Positions 1 through 10,000 of a DNA stretch of 57,424 nt are shown piece after piece. Under the pieces are notes generated by a model. It was given only the letters and a program-made list of their open reading frames with translations, was not told where the DNA came from and ran no database searches. The position numbers and the translations under genes were made by a program. Each line of letters starts with the position of its first letter. Position 1 is the first letter of the stretch. Source of the DNA: Cyanobacteriota bacterium (GTDB lineage: Bacteria; Cyanobacteriota; Sericytochromatia; UBA7694; JACMQJ01); assembly GCA_038060635.1 (NCBI GenBank), contig JBBTGK010000308.1, positions 1-57,424 of the forward strand, given 5' to 3'.

Positions 1-54
1 CTCTTCATTTTCAGAAAGATTAGGTCTTTTAAAAGGTTGGTTGCTTTGTGCCAT
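1..54 (-). CDS. 5' end of an unidentified gene leaving the left edge (partial)
   Basis: The reverse complement of 1-54 reads ATG GCA CAA AGC ... = MAQSNQPFKRPNLSENEE with no stop before the edge. It is too short to assign a family. Confidence 0.3.
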   Translation of the reverse strand, partial: MAQSNQPFKRPNLSENEE

Positions 55-261
55 TTTTACAAAAAAATAAAATAAACATTACAATTCTAGCACATCAGCA
101 ATTAAAATTTTAAATTTAAATATAAAAAATAGAAAAAATCTATCTTGACTTATTTTTTTTTAGATATATTATTACAATGTATAACTATAAATTAATTTAA
201 TAATCTTTTTATTACTTTATAATTTTTACTGTTTGATAATATTTTTTGATTAAAGGAAATA

Positions 262-1404
262 TTGATTATTATGTTTTATCTGGAATATGATTCTATCGAA
301 AAAAATGAAAATTTAAACAATTCTAATTGGGTATTAGTTTACTCAACAGTTGATAGTATAAATAAAAATGTTTTAGATAATATAAAGAAAAAAGTCCCAA
401 AGGCAGATGTATTTGGAACAACATCTTTTAATGGAGTTTTTACACCTAATGGATTTAAAACAGGATGTTTTTTATTAGCAGGAGAAAAAAATGATAATAT
501 TGAAACAACCTCTATTATAAAAGAATGTACTAAAGAAAACTCTTTTAAAGTTGCACAAGAAGCCGCATTAGAATTAAAAAACTCTGCAAATAGACTACCT
601 GATGTTATTTTATTTCATCCTACTCCAGGTTTTGAAGAATCAATTTTAAACGGATTAGAAAGCATTTTTGATGCAAAAACACCTATTTATGGTGGTAGTG
701 CAGCCGATAATGATTTATCTGGAAATTGGTTAATTTTTAAAAATCAACAAATAGTAAAAGAAGGATTTTTAATAGTCGGTTATTATGCACCTAAATTTTA
801 TTCCTCTTTTATAAGTGGTTATTTACCAACCAAAAATACAGGAATAGTAACTAAAGCAGAAGGAAGAACTATATATGAAGTTGATAATAAACCTTTTACA
901 GATGTTTATCAAGAATGGACTAATGGTTTACTAAAAGATGAACTGAAAGAAAATGAAAATTCTGTTGTACTAGGAAAAACAAGTTTAAAGCCTCTTGGTA
1001 AAATGATTTCATCTTCTGGTAATTTACAGCAATATATTATTTCTCATCCTCATATAGTTTCACCAAAAGAAAAGTCTATTTCACTTTTTACAGATTTCAA
1101 TGTAGGTGATGAAATAACACTTATGTTTGGTTCTGAAGGTGCATTATTAAAAAGAGTAGAACAAACCGTTTCAAGAGCAACTCATAAAAAAGATTTAGAA
1201 CTAAAAGGCGGTATTCTTATTTATTGTGCAGGATGTGTTGGTGTTTTAGGTGATAAAGTTGATGAAGTAGTTGAATCTTTTAATATTAGTACAAAAAATA
1301 TTCCTTTTCTTGGTGCTGCCACTTTTGGAGAGCAGGGATGTATTAAAACATCAAAAAATTTAAATCTACATGGAAACCTGATGTGTAATACAATTTTATT
1401 TTGA
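262..1404 (+). CDS. FIST-domain-like sensory protein
   Basis: 380-aa ORF. The mid-protein 'YGGSAADNDL' and C-terminal 'YCAGCVGVLG...FGEQG' resemble the FIST_N/FIST_C consensus as I recall it. The start is either TTG 262 or ATG 271. The gene ends in TGA. Confidence 0.55.
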   Translation: MIIMFYLEYDSIEKNENLNNSNWVLVYSTVDSINKNVLDNIKKKVPKADVFGTTSFNGVFTPNGFKTGCFLLAGEKNDNIETTSIIKECTKENSFKVAQEAALELKNSANRLPDVILFHPTPGFEESILNGLESIFDAKTPIYGGSAADNDLSGNWLIFKNQQIVKEGFLIVGYYAPKFYSSFISGYLPTKNTGIVTKAEGRTIYEVDNKPFTDVYQEWTNGLLKDELKENENSVVLGKTSLKPLGKMISSSGNLQQYIISHPHIVSPKEKSISLFTDFNVGDEITLMFGSEGALLKRVEQTVSRATHKKDLELKGGILIYCAGCVGVLGDKVDEVVESFNISTKNIPFLGAATFGEQGCIKTSKNLNLHGNLMCNTILF

Positions 1405-1570
1405 TATATATGTTTTTTTTAACCTTTATTACCAATTGTTAATATTAGATTAAGTTGTATTTTTATATGTGATAGAATTAACTTTGTTTTATAAAATGTG
1501 GGTATTTTACTTATTCTCGTTTTATAAAATAAAGTTTATTTCTTTTGTTTTTTAAGGTTTTTTTAATTGT

Positions 1571-3484
1571 ATGTGTGGTATAGGTGGAGTTCTTGATCTT
1601 GCCTTTCAGATGATTCCTAATTTAGGAATAAGTTTAGAAGCGATAAATAAGATACAAAAACATAGAGGTCCTGATGGTGAGGGCATTTGGAAACATAATA
1701 AAGATTTTTTAGGTTTTGCTCATCAAAGATTAACAATAATAGATCTTAGTACTGGACATCAACCTATGTTAGATACAAAAACATCTAATTGCATAACATA
1801 CAATGGTGAAGTTTATAACTACATAGAATTAAGAAATGAATTAAAGTCAGATTTTGATTTTAGAACAACATCAGATACAGAAGTTGTACTTAATTCTTAT
1901 ACAAAATATGGATCTGAATGTGTAAAAAAGCTTAGAGGAATGTTCTCTTTTTCTATATGGGATGATAAGAATGATACCCTATTTTGTGCAAGAGATAGAT
2001 TTGGAATAAAACCATTCTACTATACAATTTCAAATGGCAAATTCTATTTTTCGTCAGAAGCTAAATCTTTATTGCCTTTTATGGATAAAGTAGAAATAAA
2101 TTTAGATGGATTTAAAGATTATCTTACTTTTCAATTTTATTTAGAAGGTAAAACTTTATTCAAAGATATACACGAATTACCGCCAGGACATACTTTAACA
2201 ATAAAAAATGGAAATATAAAAATAGAAAGATATTGGCAAGTTTACTATGATCTAGATTTTGATCATACAGAAAAATATTTTCTCGAAAAAGTAAACGAAT
2301 TATTAAGAGAATCTGTAGATTTACATCTTAGAAGCGATGTTCCTGTTGGAGCTTATTTAAGCGGAGGATTAGATTCTAGCATAATTGCGTCTGTTGCCTC
2401 TCAAAATAACTCTGAAAATTTCTTGGGTTTTACAGGTAAATTTTCATTAGGAGATGAATTTGATGAAAGTCATTATGCAAGAGAACTTGCAAAATTTAAA
2501 AACTTTGAATTACTTGAAGTTGACATAAAATCTCAAGATTTTGTTGATTCTATAAGAAAAGTTATTTATCATCTTGATAGCCCGGTTGCAGGACCAGGTT
2601 CCTTTCCACAATATATGGTTTCCAAACTTGTAAAAAACCATAGAAAAGTTGTTTTGGGTGGACAAGGCGGAGATGAAATTTTTGGTGGATATACAAGATA
2701 TCTAGTTGCATATTTTGAGCAATGTATAAAATCAGCAATTGATGGTACAGCAAACTCAGGAAATTTTATAGTTACCTATGAATCTATTATTCCTAACCTT
2801 ACTGCATTAAAAGGCTATAAGCCTATGTTAAAGCAATTTTGGAAAAATGGGCTTTTTGATGATATAGATAAAAGATATTTTAGTTTAGTTAATAGAGCAC
2901 CAGAACTTGGAAATGAAATAAATTGGTCTGCATTAACAGATTATGAGCCTTATGAAAGCTTTAGAAAGATATTTAAGGCAAAAAACGTTCAAAAAGAATC
3001 TTATTTTGATAGCATGACTCATTTTGATTTTAAAACCCTTCTGCCAGCACTTTTACAAGTAGAAGATAGAGTTAGTATGGCTCATGGAGTTGAATCTCGT
3101 GTTCCATTTTTAGATCATCCCCTTATAGAACTTGCTGCTACAATTCCATCAAATATAAAATTTAAAGATGGGACAATGAAAAATGTGTTAAAAAATTCTA
3201 TGAAAGAATTTTTACCAGATGTAATATTAAATCGTAAAAATAAAATGGGATTCCCTGTTCCTCTTAATGATTGGATTTCAGGGGAATTAAATGAATTTAC
3301 TAGAGAAATTTTTTCAAGCCAAAAATCACTTGGAAGAGATCTTATAAATAATAAAATTATCTTAGAAAACCTTGAAAAAGAACCTAAATTTGGCAGAAAA
3401 ATTTGGGGATTGTTATGTATAGAGCTTTGGCATCAAGAGTTTATTGATAAAGCTCATGAATTTAAAAAATTAGTTAGTTATTAA
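1571..3484 (+). CDS. Asparagine synthase (glutamine-hydrolysing)-like amidotransferase, copy 1
   Basis: N-terminal 'MCGIGG' supplies the Cys2 Ntn-glutaminase nucleophile. 'SGGLDSS' is a PP-loop ATP-pyrophosphatase motif. 637 aa, placed at the head of a polysaccharide gene set. Confidence 0.9.
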   Translation: MCGIGGVLDLAFQMIPNLGISLEAINKIQKHRGPDGEGIWKHNKDFLGFAHQRLTIIDLSTGHQPMLDTKTSNCITYNGEVYNYIELRNELKSDFDFRTTSDTEVVLNSYTKYGSECVKKLRGMFSFSIWDDKNDTLFCARDRFGIKPFYYTISNGKFYFSSEAKSLLPFMDKVEINLDGFKDYLTFQFYLEGKTLFKDIHELPPGHTLTIKNGNIKIERYWQVYYDLDFDHTEKYFLEKVNELLRESVDLHLRSDVPVGAYLSGGLDSSIIASVASQNNSENFLGFTGKFSLGDEFDESHYARELAKFKNFELLEVDIKSQDFVDSIRKVIYHLDSPVAGPGSFPQYMVSKLVKNHRKVVLGGQGGDEIFGGYTRYLVAYFEQCIKSAIDGTANSGNFIVTYESIIPNLTALKGYKPMLKQFWKNGLFDDIDKRYFSLVNRAPELGNEINWSALTDYEPYESFRKIFKAKNVQKESYFDSMTHFDFKTLLPALLQVEDRVSMAHGVESRVPFLDHPLIELAATIPSNIKFKDGTMKNVLKNSMKEFLPDVILNRKNKMGFPVPLNDWISGELNEFTREIFSSQKSLGRDLINNKIILENLEKEPKFGRKIWGLLCIELWHQEFIDKAHEFKKLVSY

Positions 3485-3502
3485 TTAGAACTAAAAGGAG
3501 TT

Positions 3503-4453
3503 ATGAACATGAAAGTTTTAATCACAGGAGGATCAGGTTTTATTGGTTCTCACTTAGCAGAAAAATTACTTGAAAGAGGCGATCAAGTATTAGTAATAGA
3601 TAATTATCAAACAGGTAGAAAAGATAATTTAGTGCCACATGATAATTTAAAAATTGTAGAAGGAACAATTGCTGATACAAATTTAGTAAATTCTCTTTTT
3701 GCAGATTTTAAACCAGAGATTGTTGTTCATGCAGCAGCATCTTACAAAGATCCAGATAATTGGATTGAAGATGTTATGACAAATGAACTTGGTACAGTTA
3801 ATATTGTTAGAGCAAGTAAAAATGTTGGTGTAAAAAGAGTAATCTATTTCCAAACATCTCTTTGTTATGGTTTAAAACCAATGGAACAACCAATAACATT
3901 GAATCATATAGTTAAACCAGAAGGAAGTAGTTATGCTATCAGTAAAACAGCTGGTGAATCGTATGTTCAACTTAGTGGTTTAGATTTTATATCTTTCAGA
4001 TTAGCAAATGCTTATGGGCCAAGAAACTTAAGCGGACCATTACCTACTTTTTATCATAGATTATCAGAAGGAAAAGCTTGTTTTGCAATGAATACAAGAA
4101 GAGATTTCATCTATGTATCAGATTTAGTTGAAGTTGTTGTAAAAGCAGTTGATGGAAAAGGAACAAAAGGAGCATATCATATATCTACAGGTAGTGATTA
4201 TTCTATAAAAGAGCTTTTTGATGCAACTACAAAAGCAATGGACATAAAAATGGAAAAAGAAGTAGAAGTAAGAGAAAGAGGAGAAGATGATGTTTTTACA
4301 ATATTAATAGATCCATCTAAAACAAATCAAGATTTTGATTGGAAAGCTTCTACACCACTTGAAACAGGCGTTAAAAATGCAATTGAGTGGTATAAATCAC
4401 ATGGAATTACACAAACATTTACACATTTAAAAAATGTAGATGGAAAACACTAA
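3503..4453 (+). CDS. NAD-dependent sugar-nucleotide epimerase/dehydratase (extended SDR)
   Basis: 'ITGGSGFIGSHL' Rossmann GxxGxxG motif and 'YAISK' catalytic YxxxK. The AGGAG at 3496-3500 fits the second ATG at 3509 (MKVLITGG) better than ATG 3503. Confidence 0.9.
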   Translation: MNMKVLITGGSGFIGSHLAEKLLERGDQVLVIDNYQTGRKDNLVPHDNLKIVEGTIADTNLVNSLFADFKPEIVVHAAASYKDPDNWIEDVMTNELGTVNIVRASKNVGVKRVIYFQTSLCYGLKPMEQPITLNHIVKPEGSSYAISKTAGESYVQLSGLDFISFRLANAYGPRNLSGPLPTFYHRLSEGKACFAMNTRRDFIYVSDLVEVVVKAVDGKGTKGAYHISTGSDYSIKELFDATTKAMDIKMEKEVEVRERGEDDVFTILIDPSKTNQDFDWKASTPLETGVKNAIEWYKSHGITQTFTHLKNVDGKH

Positions 4454-4467
4454 AGAGGTAAAATAAT

Positions 4468-5511
4468 ATGGATGAATTTAAAAATCAACATATCCTTGTT
4501 GTTGGTGGAGCAGGTTTTGTAGGTTCTAATTTAGTAAAAACAATACTAAAAAGTGATCCATCTAAAGTTACAGTAGTTGATAATCTTTTATCTGCCGAAA
4601 AAACTAATTTACCAGATGATTCAAGAGTTAATTTTATTCATGGTTCTATTACTAATGATGAAGTTTTATCTCAATTATCTAGTGATTTAGATTATGTTTT
4701 TCATCTTTCTACTTATCATGGAAATCAAAGCTCTATACACGATCCAATTGCAGATCATGAAAACAACACTTATACAACTTTGAAACTTTATGAAAAAATA
4801 AAAGATTTCAAAAATATTAAGAAAGTTGTTTATTCTTCTGCTGGTTGTGTTGTTGCAGAAAAAACATTTGAAAAAGCTCATGCTACAACTGAAGAAACAC
4901 CTGTTTCTTTATATTTAGATAGTCCATACCAAATATCAAAAATAATAGGTGAGTTTTATTCTAACTATTATATGAAGATGTATGGCTTACCTGTAGTAAA
5001 AGCAAGATTCCAAAATGTTTATGGACCTGGTGAAGTTCTTGGAGCTGGTGATTGGAGAGGAACTCCTGCTACCGTTTGGAGAAATGTAACCCCTACATTT
5101 GTTTATAAAGCGTTAAAACATCAACCTCTTACTGTTGAAAATGCAGGAATTGCTACTCGTGATTTTATTTATGTTGATGATATTGTTAGAGGTCTTATGC
5201 TTTGTGCTACAAAGGGTGAAAAAGGCAGTGTTTATAATCTTGCAAGTGGCGTTGAAACAAGTATTGCTGATTTAGCAACAAATATAAATGAAATTTCTGA
5301 GAACCCTACTCCAGTGAACTTTTTACCAAAAAGACATTGGGATAACTCAGGAAAAAGATTCGGAAGCACTGATAAAGCTAAAGAAGATTTAGATTTTATT
5401 ACAAGAGTAGATATCAAAGAAGGTTTAACTAAAACAATTGAATGGACTAAAGCTAATTTAGAACATATTGATAAATGTATTAGTAAACATGATAAATATA
5501 TGAATAAGTAA
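4468..5511 (+). CDS. NAD-dependent sugar-nucleotide epimerase/dehydratase (extended SDR)
   Basis: 'VVGGAGFVGSNL' GxxGxxG motif and 'YQISK' YxxxK. An AGAGG Shine-Dalgarno lies upstream. The gene sits 14 bp after the previous SDR gene. Confidence 0.9.
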   Translation: MDEFKNQHILVVGGAGFVGSNLVKTILKSDPSKVTVVDNLLSAEKTNLPDDSRVNFIHGSITNDEVLSQLSSDLDYVFHLSTYHGNQSSIHDPIADHENNTYTTLKLYEKIKDFKNIKKVVYSSAGCVVAEKTFEKAHATTEETPVSLYLDSPYQISKIIGEFYSNYYMKMYGLPVVKARFQNVYGPGEVLGAGDWRGTPATVWRNVTPTFVYKALKHQPLTVENAGIATRDFIYVDDIVRGLMLCATKGEKGSVYNLASGVETSIADLATNINEISENPTPVNFLPKRHWDNSGKRFGSTDKAKEDLDFITRVDIKEGLTKTIEWTKANLEHIDKCISKHDKYMNK

Positions 5512-5539
5512 TTATTATAAATATATTAATTATATCTTC

Positions 5540-5575
5540 GTCAGTCTGATTAAACCTAGACTGACATTTTTTTTG
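5540..5575 (+). terminator. Rho-independent terminator after the SDR gene
   Basis: An 8-bp perfect stem (GTCAGTCT 5540-5547 / AGACTGAC 5558-5565) with a 10-nt loop, followed by an 8-nt T run (5567-5574). Confidence 0.75.
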
Positions 5576-5590
5576 AATTAAAGAGAACAA

Positions 5591-7066
5591 ATGACAGAAG
5601 AAAAGAAACCTAGTTTTTTAAAATCTACCTTAATATATGGAATAGGCGGAATGTTAAATAAATTTTTATCATTTTTTCTTTTACCATTATTTACAGCTTA
5701 TCTAACACCTAAAGATTATGGAGTAACTGCAATTTTAGGAACAATGACATTTGTTCTTACCTCTATATTTACACTTGGTTTTGGAACATCAATTGGTTTA
5801 TCTTTTTTTGATACAAAAAATGAATTTAGAAAAGAAGAATCTATACATACAGCATTGATAATTCTACTTTTAAGTGCTGGTCTTATGTTTTTATTTGGAA
5901 GTATATTTTCTATAAAATTTGCGGAACATTTTTTAAATGACAAAGAACATTATAATTTTGTTATTTTATCATTAATATCTAATTTTTTTAATATAATAAT
6001 GACACCGTTAATTGTTTATTATCAATTTGAAAATAAAGCAAAAAAATATATTATCTTAACTAACTTAACATCTGTTTTAGCAATATTAACAAATGTTCTA
6101 TTTGTTGTTTATTTTAAAAGAGGAGTTCAAGGTCTTTTAGAAGCGGGTGTTATTTCTAGTTTATTAACATTTCTAATTTTTTGTATTGATGTATTTAATA
6201 ACTTAAAATTTAAGTTTAGTAAAAATGTTTCAAAAGTTTTGTTAAAGCAAGGCTTGCCAATGGTTCCATCTTTTGCAAGTTTATTTGTTATTCAACAGAG
6301 TAATAGAGTTTTTTTAGAACATTTTAATGGTTTAGAATCTTTAGGTATCTATTCTATAGGATATAATTTAGGAATGGTTATGAGTATTTTTGTAAACGCT
6401 TTTCAAAATACATGGCTTGCATTTTTTTTGTCATATATGGATAAAAAAAAGGAAGCCGAAGAAGTTTTTGGAAAAATTACAACTTATTATATTTTATCTT
6501 TGGGCTTTATAAATACAATGTTTTTTATATTCGCAGGGTCTATAGTTGCATTTATGACTAAAGATGCTTTTCATTCTTCTTATAAAATAGTTGGATTAGC
6601 AGCTACATCTCATTTTTTAAATGGTCTTTTTGCATTATTACTTCCAGCATTATATTTTGAAAAAGAAGTTAAATATGTTACTTTAATACAAATATTCGCG
6701 GCTGTATTTTCAACAATAACAAATATTTTTTTAATAATTTATTTTTCAGAATTTGGTGCAGCATTAGGTTTAGTAATAGGAACTTTTTATATTGTTTTAT
6801 TTCAATATATTTGGAATTTAATAGGAAATCCTAATTATATAAAAATAAAATATGAGTGGGGTAAAATAGCTTTATTTTCTATGTTATATTGTATTTTTTC
6901 TTCTGTAATGCTTATAAATAGAAATTTAGATAAAACAACAGAAATTATATACTCTTTTTCTTTATCAACTATTTTATTACTATTAACATTAATTCTTTTA
7001 AATAATGAAGATAAAAATAAATTAAAAGCTTTTGTTTTACAAAAGCTTAATAGATTAAAAAAATAA
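5591..7066 (+). CDS. Polysaccharide/oligosaccharide flippase (MOP superfamily, Wzx-like)
   Basis: 491-aa polytopic membrane protein with at least 12 hydrophobic segments. N-terminal 'LIYGIGGMLNKFLSFFLLPLFT' is typical of Wzx/RfbX-type flippases. It sits within sugar-nucleotide genes. Confidence 0.8.
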   Translation: MTEEKKPSFLKSTLIYGIGGMLNKFLSFFLLPLFTAYLTPKDYGVTAILGTMTFVLTSIFTLGFGTSIGLSFFDTKNEFRKEESIHTALIILLLSAGLMFLFGSIFSIKFAEHFLNDKEHYNFVILSLISNFFNIIMTPLIVYYQFENKAKKYIILTNLTSVLAILTNVLFVVYFKRGVQGLLEAGVISSLLTFLIFCIDVFNNLKFKFSKNVSKVLLKQGLPMVPSFASLFVIQQSNRVFLEHFNGLESLGIYSIGYNLGMVMSIFVNAFQNTWLAFFLSYMDKKKEAEEVFGKITTYYILSLGFINTMFFIFAGSIVAFMTKDAFHSSYKIVGLAATSHFLNGLFALLLPALYFEKEVKYVTLIQIFAAVFSTITNIFLIIYFSEFGAALGLVIGTFYIVLFQYIWNLIGNPNYIKIKYEWGKIALFSMLYCIFSSVMLINRNLDKTTEIIYSFSLSTILLLLTLILLNNEDKNKLKAFVLQKLNRLKK

Positions 7067-7071
7067 TTCTT

Positions 7072-10000
7072 TTATTTTTTTTCAAAAGTTACAGTAACAT
7101 ATAATTGTCCTAATGAAGAGTTTATAGTTAATGTAGCATTATGTAATCCTTTTTCTAATAATGTAGGATCAGCTATTATGTTTATTATAGATGAATCATT
7201 ACCACTTAATTTATCTACTGTAAGCCAAGGTTGTTCGGATATTATATTCCAAGAAACAGGAATAGAACCTTTTTTTATAATATTAAAATTACTATTGCTA
7301 ATTTGATTTATTTTACCTAAATCTATTAATGTTTTACTTACATCAATATCATTTTTTATTTCTTCTTTAGTAAAAGAAACTAATAAATCTCTTGTTTCAT
7401 TTCCTAAAGATATTTTTACAGAAGCGTTATAAGTTCCAAAAGATAATAAAGTCGGATTAACGGTTATATTTATAGACCCATCACCGATACCACTTTTAGG
7501 CGTAATATCCATCCATTCTTTTTCTGATACAGCAGTCCAGTTTAATATTCCACCACCAGAATTTGTTATTGTTATATTTTTAGAACTAGATGTAGTAATA
7601 TTTCCAAAATCTATTGAATCATCGCTTAATTGAATTATTGGATCAAGTTCTGGGTTTATATTTGAAATTGAAGATGGATTACTGATTATTTTATCAATAC
7701 CAAAAGTTATATTGTTGTTTCGTGAAAAATTAGCATATATTCCATCTGTTTTGTTATTAGAGCCTCTAACATTCCAAACTTCTATAAATTGGCTATAGTT
7801 AAAGTCAAAAGAATCTAAATTTTCATCATTTATAGTTGTCGCATTATTTGAAAAAACAGGAGTACTATGAATACCTTCAGAATTAAAGTTAGCTCTATAC
7901 ATAGGGTTTAAAAAACTTTGAGTTTTTATACTACCTCTTCTTTGTAAAATAGCGGTTTCATCACCTGAGCTTACACCTTGCCATGCAACATAAAATTCTC
8001 CATTATGTTTTCCATCACTTTGGTTTATAGAAACTCTTGGAAATGAATAATCATTATTGGTATCACTTAAAAGAATATCTCCAATTCCTGCTATACTATT
8101 TTCATTTGTATATTTTATAAAAACACCATTATTACTAACACTTCCATTAGTTTGCCATGTAAAAACTGATTTTCCATCACTTGCCATTGCTACATCTATA
8201 TTTGATTGTATTCCTTCTGTATTAGAATTTAATCTATATTCTGGTTTTGATTCATTTGGGTTTATTAAACTAAATTCTCTTTCAAAAATACCTTCTGTAT
8301 CTCCAGAACCTTCTCCTTGCCAAACAATAAAAAGTTTACCGTAGTTTGTACTTCCTTGATTAAGAGCTATTTTAGGATTTATTCTATAACCACCTGTTGA
8401 AGTATTTACTTGTTTTTCTTCTCCTGTTCCAAAATTACCTAATCTAAAAAGCCAAATTCCATCATTATTAACACTTCCAAGAGTTTGCCATGTAATTGCA
8501 CAAGAATTATCTGTTCCAACAACTATAGCTGGCTTGGATTGAAATCCATCTGTTTTATAATTTACTCTATATTCATTAGGATAAGAGTCATAAGCTGTTG
8601 TATCTGCATTGAATCTTTTTATAAAAATACCTGAATTATCTCCTGAACCTACTCCTTCCCAAGTAACAATAAAAAAACCAGTATCTTTGTTTATTGCAAC
8701 AGATGGATGTTTTTGATCTCCTTCAGTAGTGTTATTTATTTTAAATACATCACCTACATTATTTCCTGATTTATCAATTTTTCTTCCATAAATTCCCCAA
8801 CCAGAACCATCTGTTCCATATTCTTGCCAAACAACTATTGTATTTCCATTTTTATCCATAGCTGATGAGGGGTGCGATTTTCCAAAATAATCATTAATTC
8901 CTAGTTCAAATGCTCCAACAGGTGCAGTTCCATTTGTTACTTCTTCATGTGTTGAAACTATTATTTTATGATATCCTGATTCGGTTGCCTTAAAAAGTAT
9001 TTTACTATCTGTTGTTGTTCCAAAATCATCATTCTCAATATCTGATGTAGAAGTTGTATTACTTGGTTTAAATAATCTTAAATGTGCATTTTTTCCATCT
9101 AATTGAGATAGACTTATTTTATAATATTGTCCAACATTTGCATAAAATTTGTATAGTTTTGATGTCCCACTAAGTGTAACCGTTATTGGATCTCCTTCTG
9201 GTGCTATTCCTGAAAAAACTGAATCAGAGATTGGGTCTTTAATTCCTGGATTCATATTTGAAATTAAAGATGGATTACTAATTATTTTATCAAGACCAAA
9301 AGGTATATTACTATTTCTTGAAAAATTAGCATAGATTCCATCTGTTTTGTTATTAGAACCTCTAACATTCCAAATTTCTATAAATTGGCTATAGTTAAGG
9401 GAGAGAGAATCTAAATTTTCATCATTTGTAGTTGTAGCATTATTTGAAAAAATAGGAGTGCTATGAATACCTTCAGAATTAAAGTTAGCTCTATACATAG
9501 GGTTTAAAAAACTTTGAGTTTTTATACTACCTCTTCTTTGTAAAATAGCGGTTTCATCACCTGAGCTTACACCTTGCCATGCAACATAAAATTCTCCATT
9601 ATGTTTTCCATCACTTTGGTTTATAGAAACTCTTGGAAATGAATAATCATTATTGGTATCACTTAAAAGAATATCTCCAATTCCTGCTATACTATTTTCA
9701 TTTGTATATTTTATAAAAACACCATTATTACTAACACTTCCATTAGTTTGCCATGTAAAAACTGATTTTCCATCACTTGCCATTGCTACATCTATATTTG
9801 ATTGTATTCCTTCTGTATTAGAATTTAATCTATATTCTGGTTTTGATTCATTTGGGTTTATTAAACTAAATTCTCTTTCAAAAATACCTTCTGTATCTCC
9901 AGAACCTTCTCCTTGCCAAACAATAAAAAGTTTACCGTAGTTTGTACTTCCTTGATTAAGAGCTATTTTAGGATTTATTCTATAACCACCTGTTGAAGTA

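Noticed and set aside
1402-1404. Possible alternative genetic code (TGA recoding), considered because of the extreme AT content
   Set aside because: TGA terminates the FIST-like ORF at a sensible length, and no long gene needs read-through of TGA. The standard code 11 fits all calls.
2562-5943. Short antisense ORFs at 2562-2753, 4687-4881, 5232-5417 and 5716-5943
   Set aside because: Each is fully embedded opposite a long, motif-supported gene (AsnB, SDR, Wzx). Their low-complexity translations are typical of AT-rich shadow frames.
8057-8344. A 95-aa plus-strand ORF, identical to a second one at 9653-9940
   Set aside because: Both lie antisense inside the 1294-aa minus-strand gene. They are identical only because they sit in the perfectly duplicated 1596-bp unit. 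They are shadow ORFs with no independent start signals.
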